Part shown: positions 63,561 to 64,000 of the stretch, piece by piece
How the letters are laid out: each line of letters opens with the position of its first letter
Position numbering within the stretch: position 1 is the stretch's first letter
Assembly (NCBI RefSeq): GCF_041956535.1
Contig: NW_027192214.1
Location: 287,205-351,204, forward strand
Length of the DNA stretch: 64,000 nucleotides
Source of the DNA: Calcarisporiella thermophila CBS 279.70
Taxonomy: Eukaryota; Fungi; Calcarisporiellomycota
Direction: 5' to 3'
The notes under the pieces: model-generated
Told to the model about the DNA's origin: nothing
The model's input: the letters and a program-made list of their open reading frames with translations, nothing else
The model's database searches: none
Made by a program: the position numbers and the translations under genes

Positions 63561-63850
63561 GTGTCGGATGGATTCAAAAGGGAAGGACAACATATATCGT
63601 CGACAAAGAACACTTTACTAGTCTTACTTCTGGTGAATAAATCTATAAAACAAGTTTTATACCGTATAACTCAATATTAAAGTTTATTATTACGATCTTT
63701 TATATTCTCTTAAATATTTTATTTTATTAAGATATGTTTTTTAAAGATAAATTTTTTTCTAAGTTTTTTTTTTCCGGCCGGTGGTCACAGCCGAGCAAAA
63801 TTTGACGAATTACTTTCAGGCCAAATACCTAATTTCCAAGCCAAAAGGGT

Positions 63851-63866
63851 AAAGTCACGTGACTTT
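63851..63866. promoter_or_regulatory. Perfect 16-bp palindrome with a GTCACGTGAC E-box (Cbf1/CDEI-like) core
   Basis: AAAGTCACGTGACTTT is self-complementary; function is inferred only. Confidence 0.45.
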
Positions 63867-64000
63867 TCTATATGGTCACCTACCAATTTTCTTATACCCA
63901 CCGGTCAATTTTTACCGCAATTCTATAATTTTTTATATTGTACCCTACAATTTTGGCATAGGTTTCTAAGCATTTTCCTTAAAAAGACTTTTTGTAGGGG

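Overview
Gene-dense eukaryotic DNA from an intron-rich, early-diverging fungus (Mucoromycota-like; inferred from ~55-70 nt GT-AG introns with CTAAC/CTAAT branch sites, roughly 40% GC by eye, and gene content). About 30 protein-coding genes lie between ~0.7 and ~58.6 kb: a three-domain VPS10, a MEF2-type MADS factor, TRM11, an FCP1/NIF HAD protein, RPL8, VDAC, myotubularin, uS11m, MTF2, a RING-H2 protein, RAX1-like, a Bicaudal-C/Mug60-like KH protein, PDCD7 (U11-59K), AP-1 gamma, SIP5, RAD1, a DMT/SLC35 transporter, clathrin light chain, FAM204A-like, a RING-PHD-SRI protein, DUF1764, RsfS/MALSU1, IDI1, ZNHIT2, a Nudix hydrolase and several unknowns. These are followed by a gene-poor tail with a decayed coding relic and a truncated Tc1 (DD34E) transposon. 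No rRNA, tRNA or CRISPR array was seen, and I found no clear-cut novel multi-gene system. The strongest leads are at the RNA-processing level: (1) a 3-nt micro-exon needed to build the catalytic DPPY motif of TRM11; (2) a structured RPL8 first intron that looks like an unproductive-splicing autoregulatory switch; (3) a triplicated VPS10 whose repeats share intron positions; (4) an 8-exon gene of unknown function largely invisible in the ORF track; (5) a ~935-nt AUG-free leader on the KH gene; (6) a recurrent Homol-D-like CAGTCACG promoter motif; (7) a minor-spliceosome protein gene. All exon structures were assembled by eye and family names come from motif recall, not database searches.
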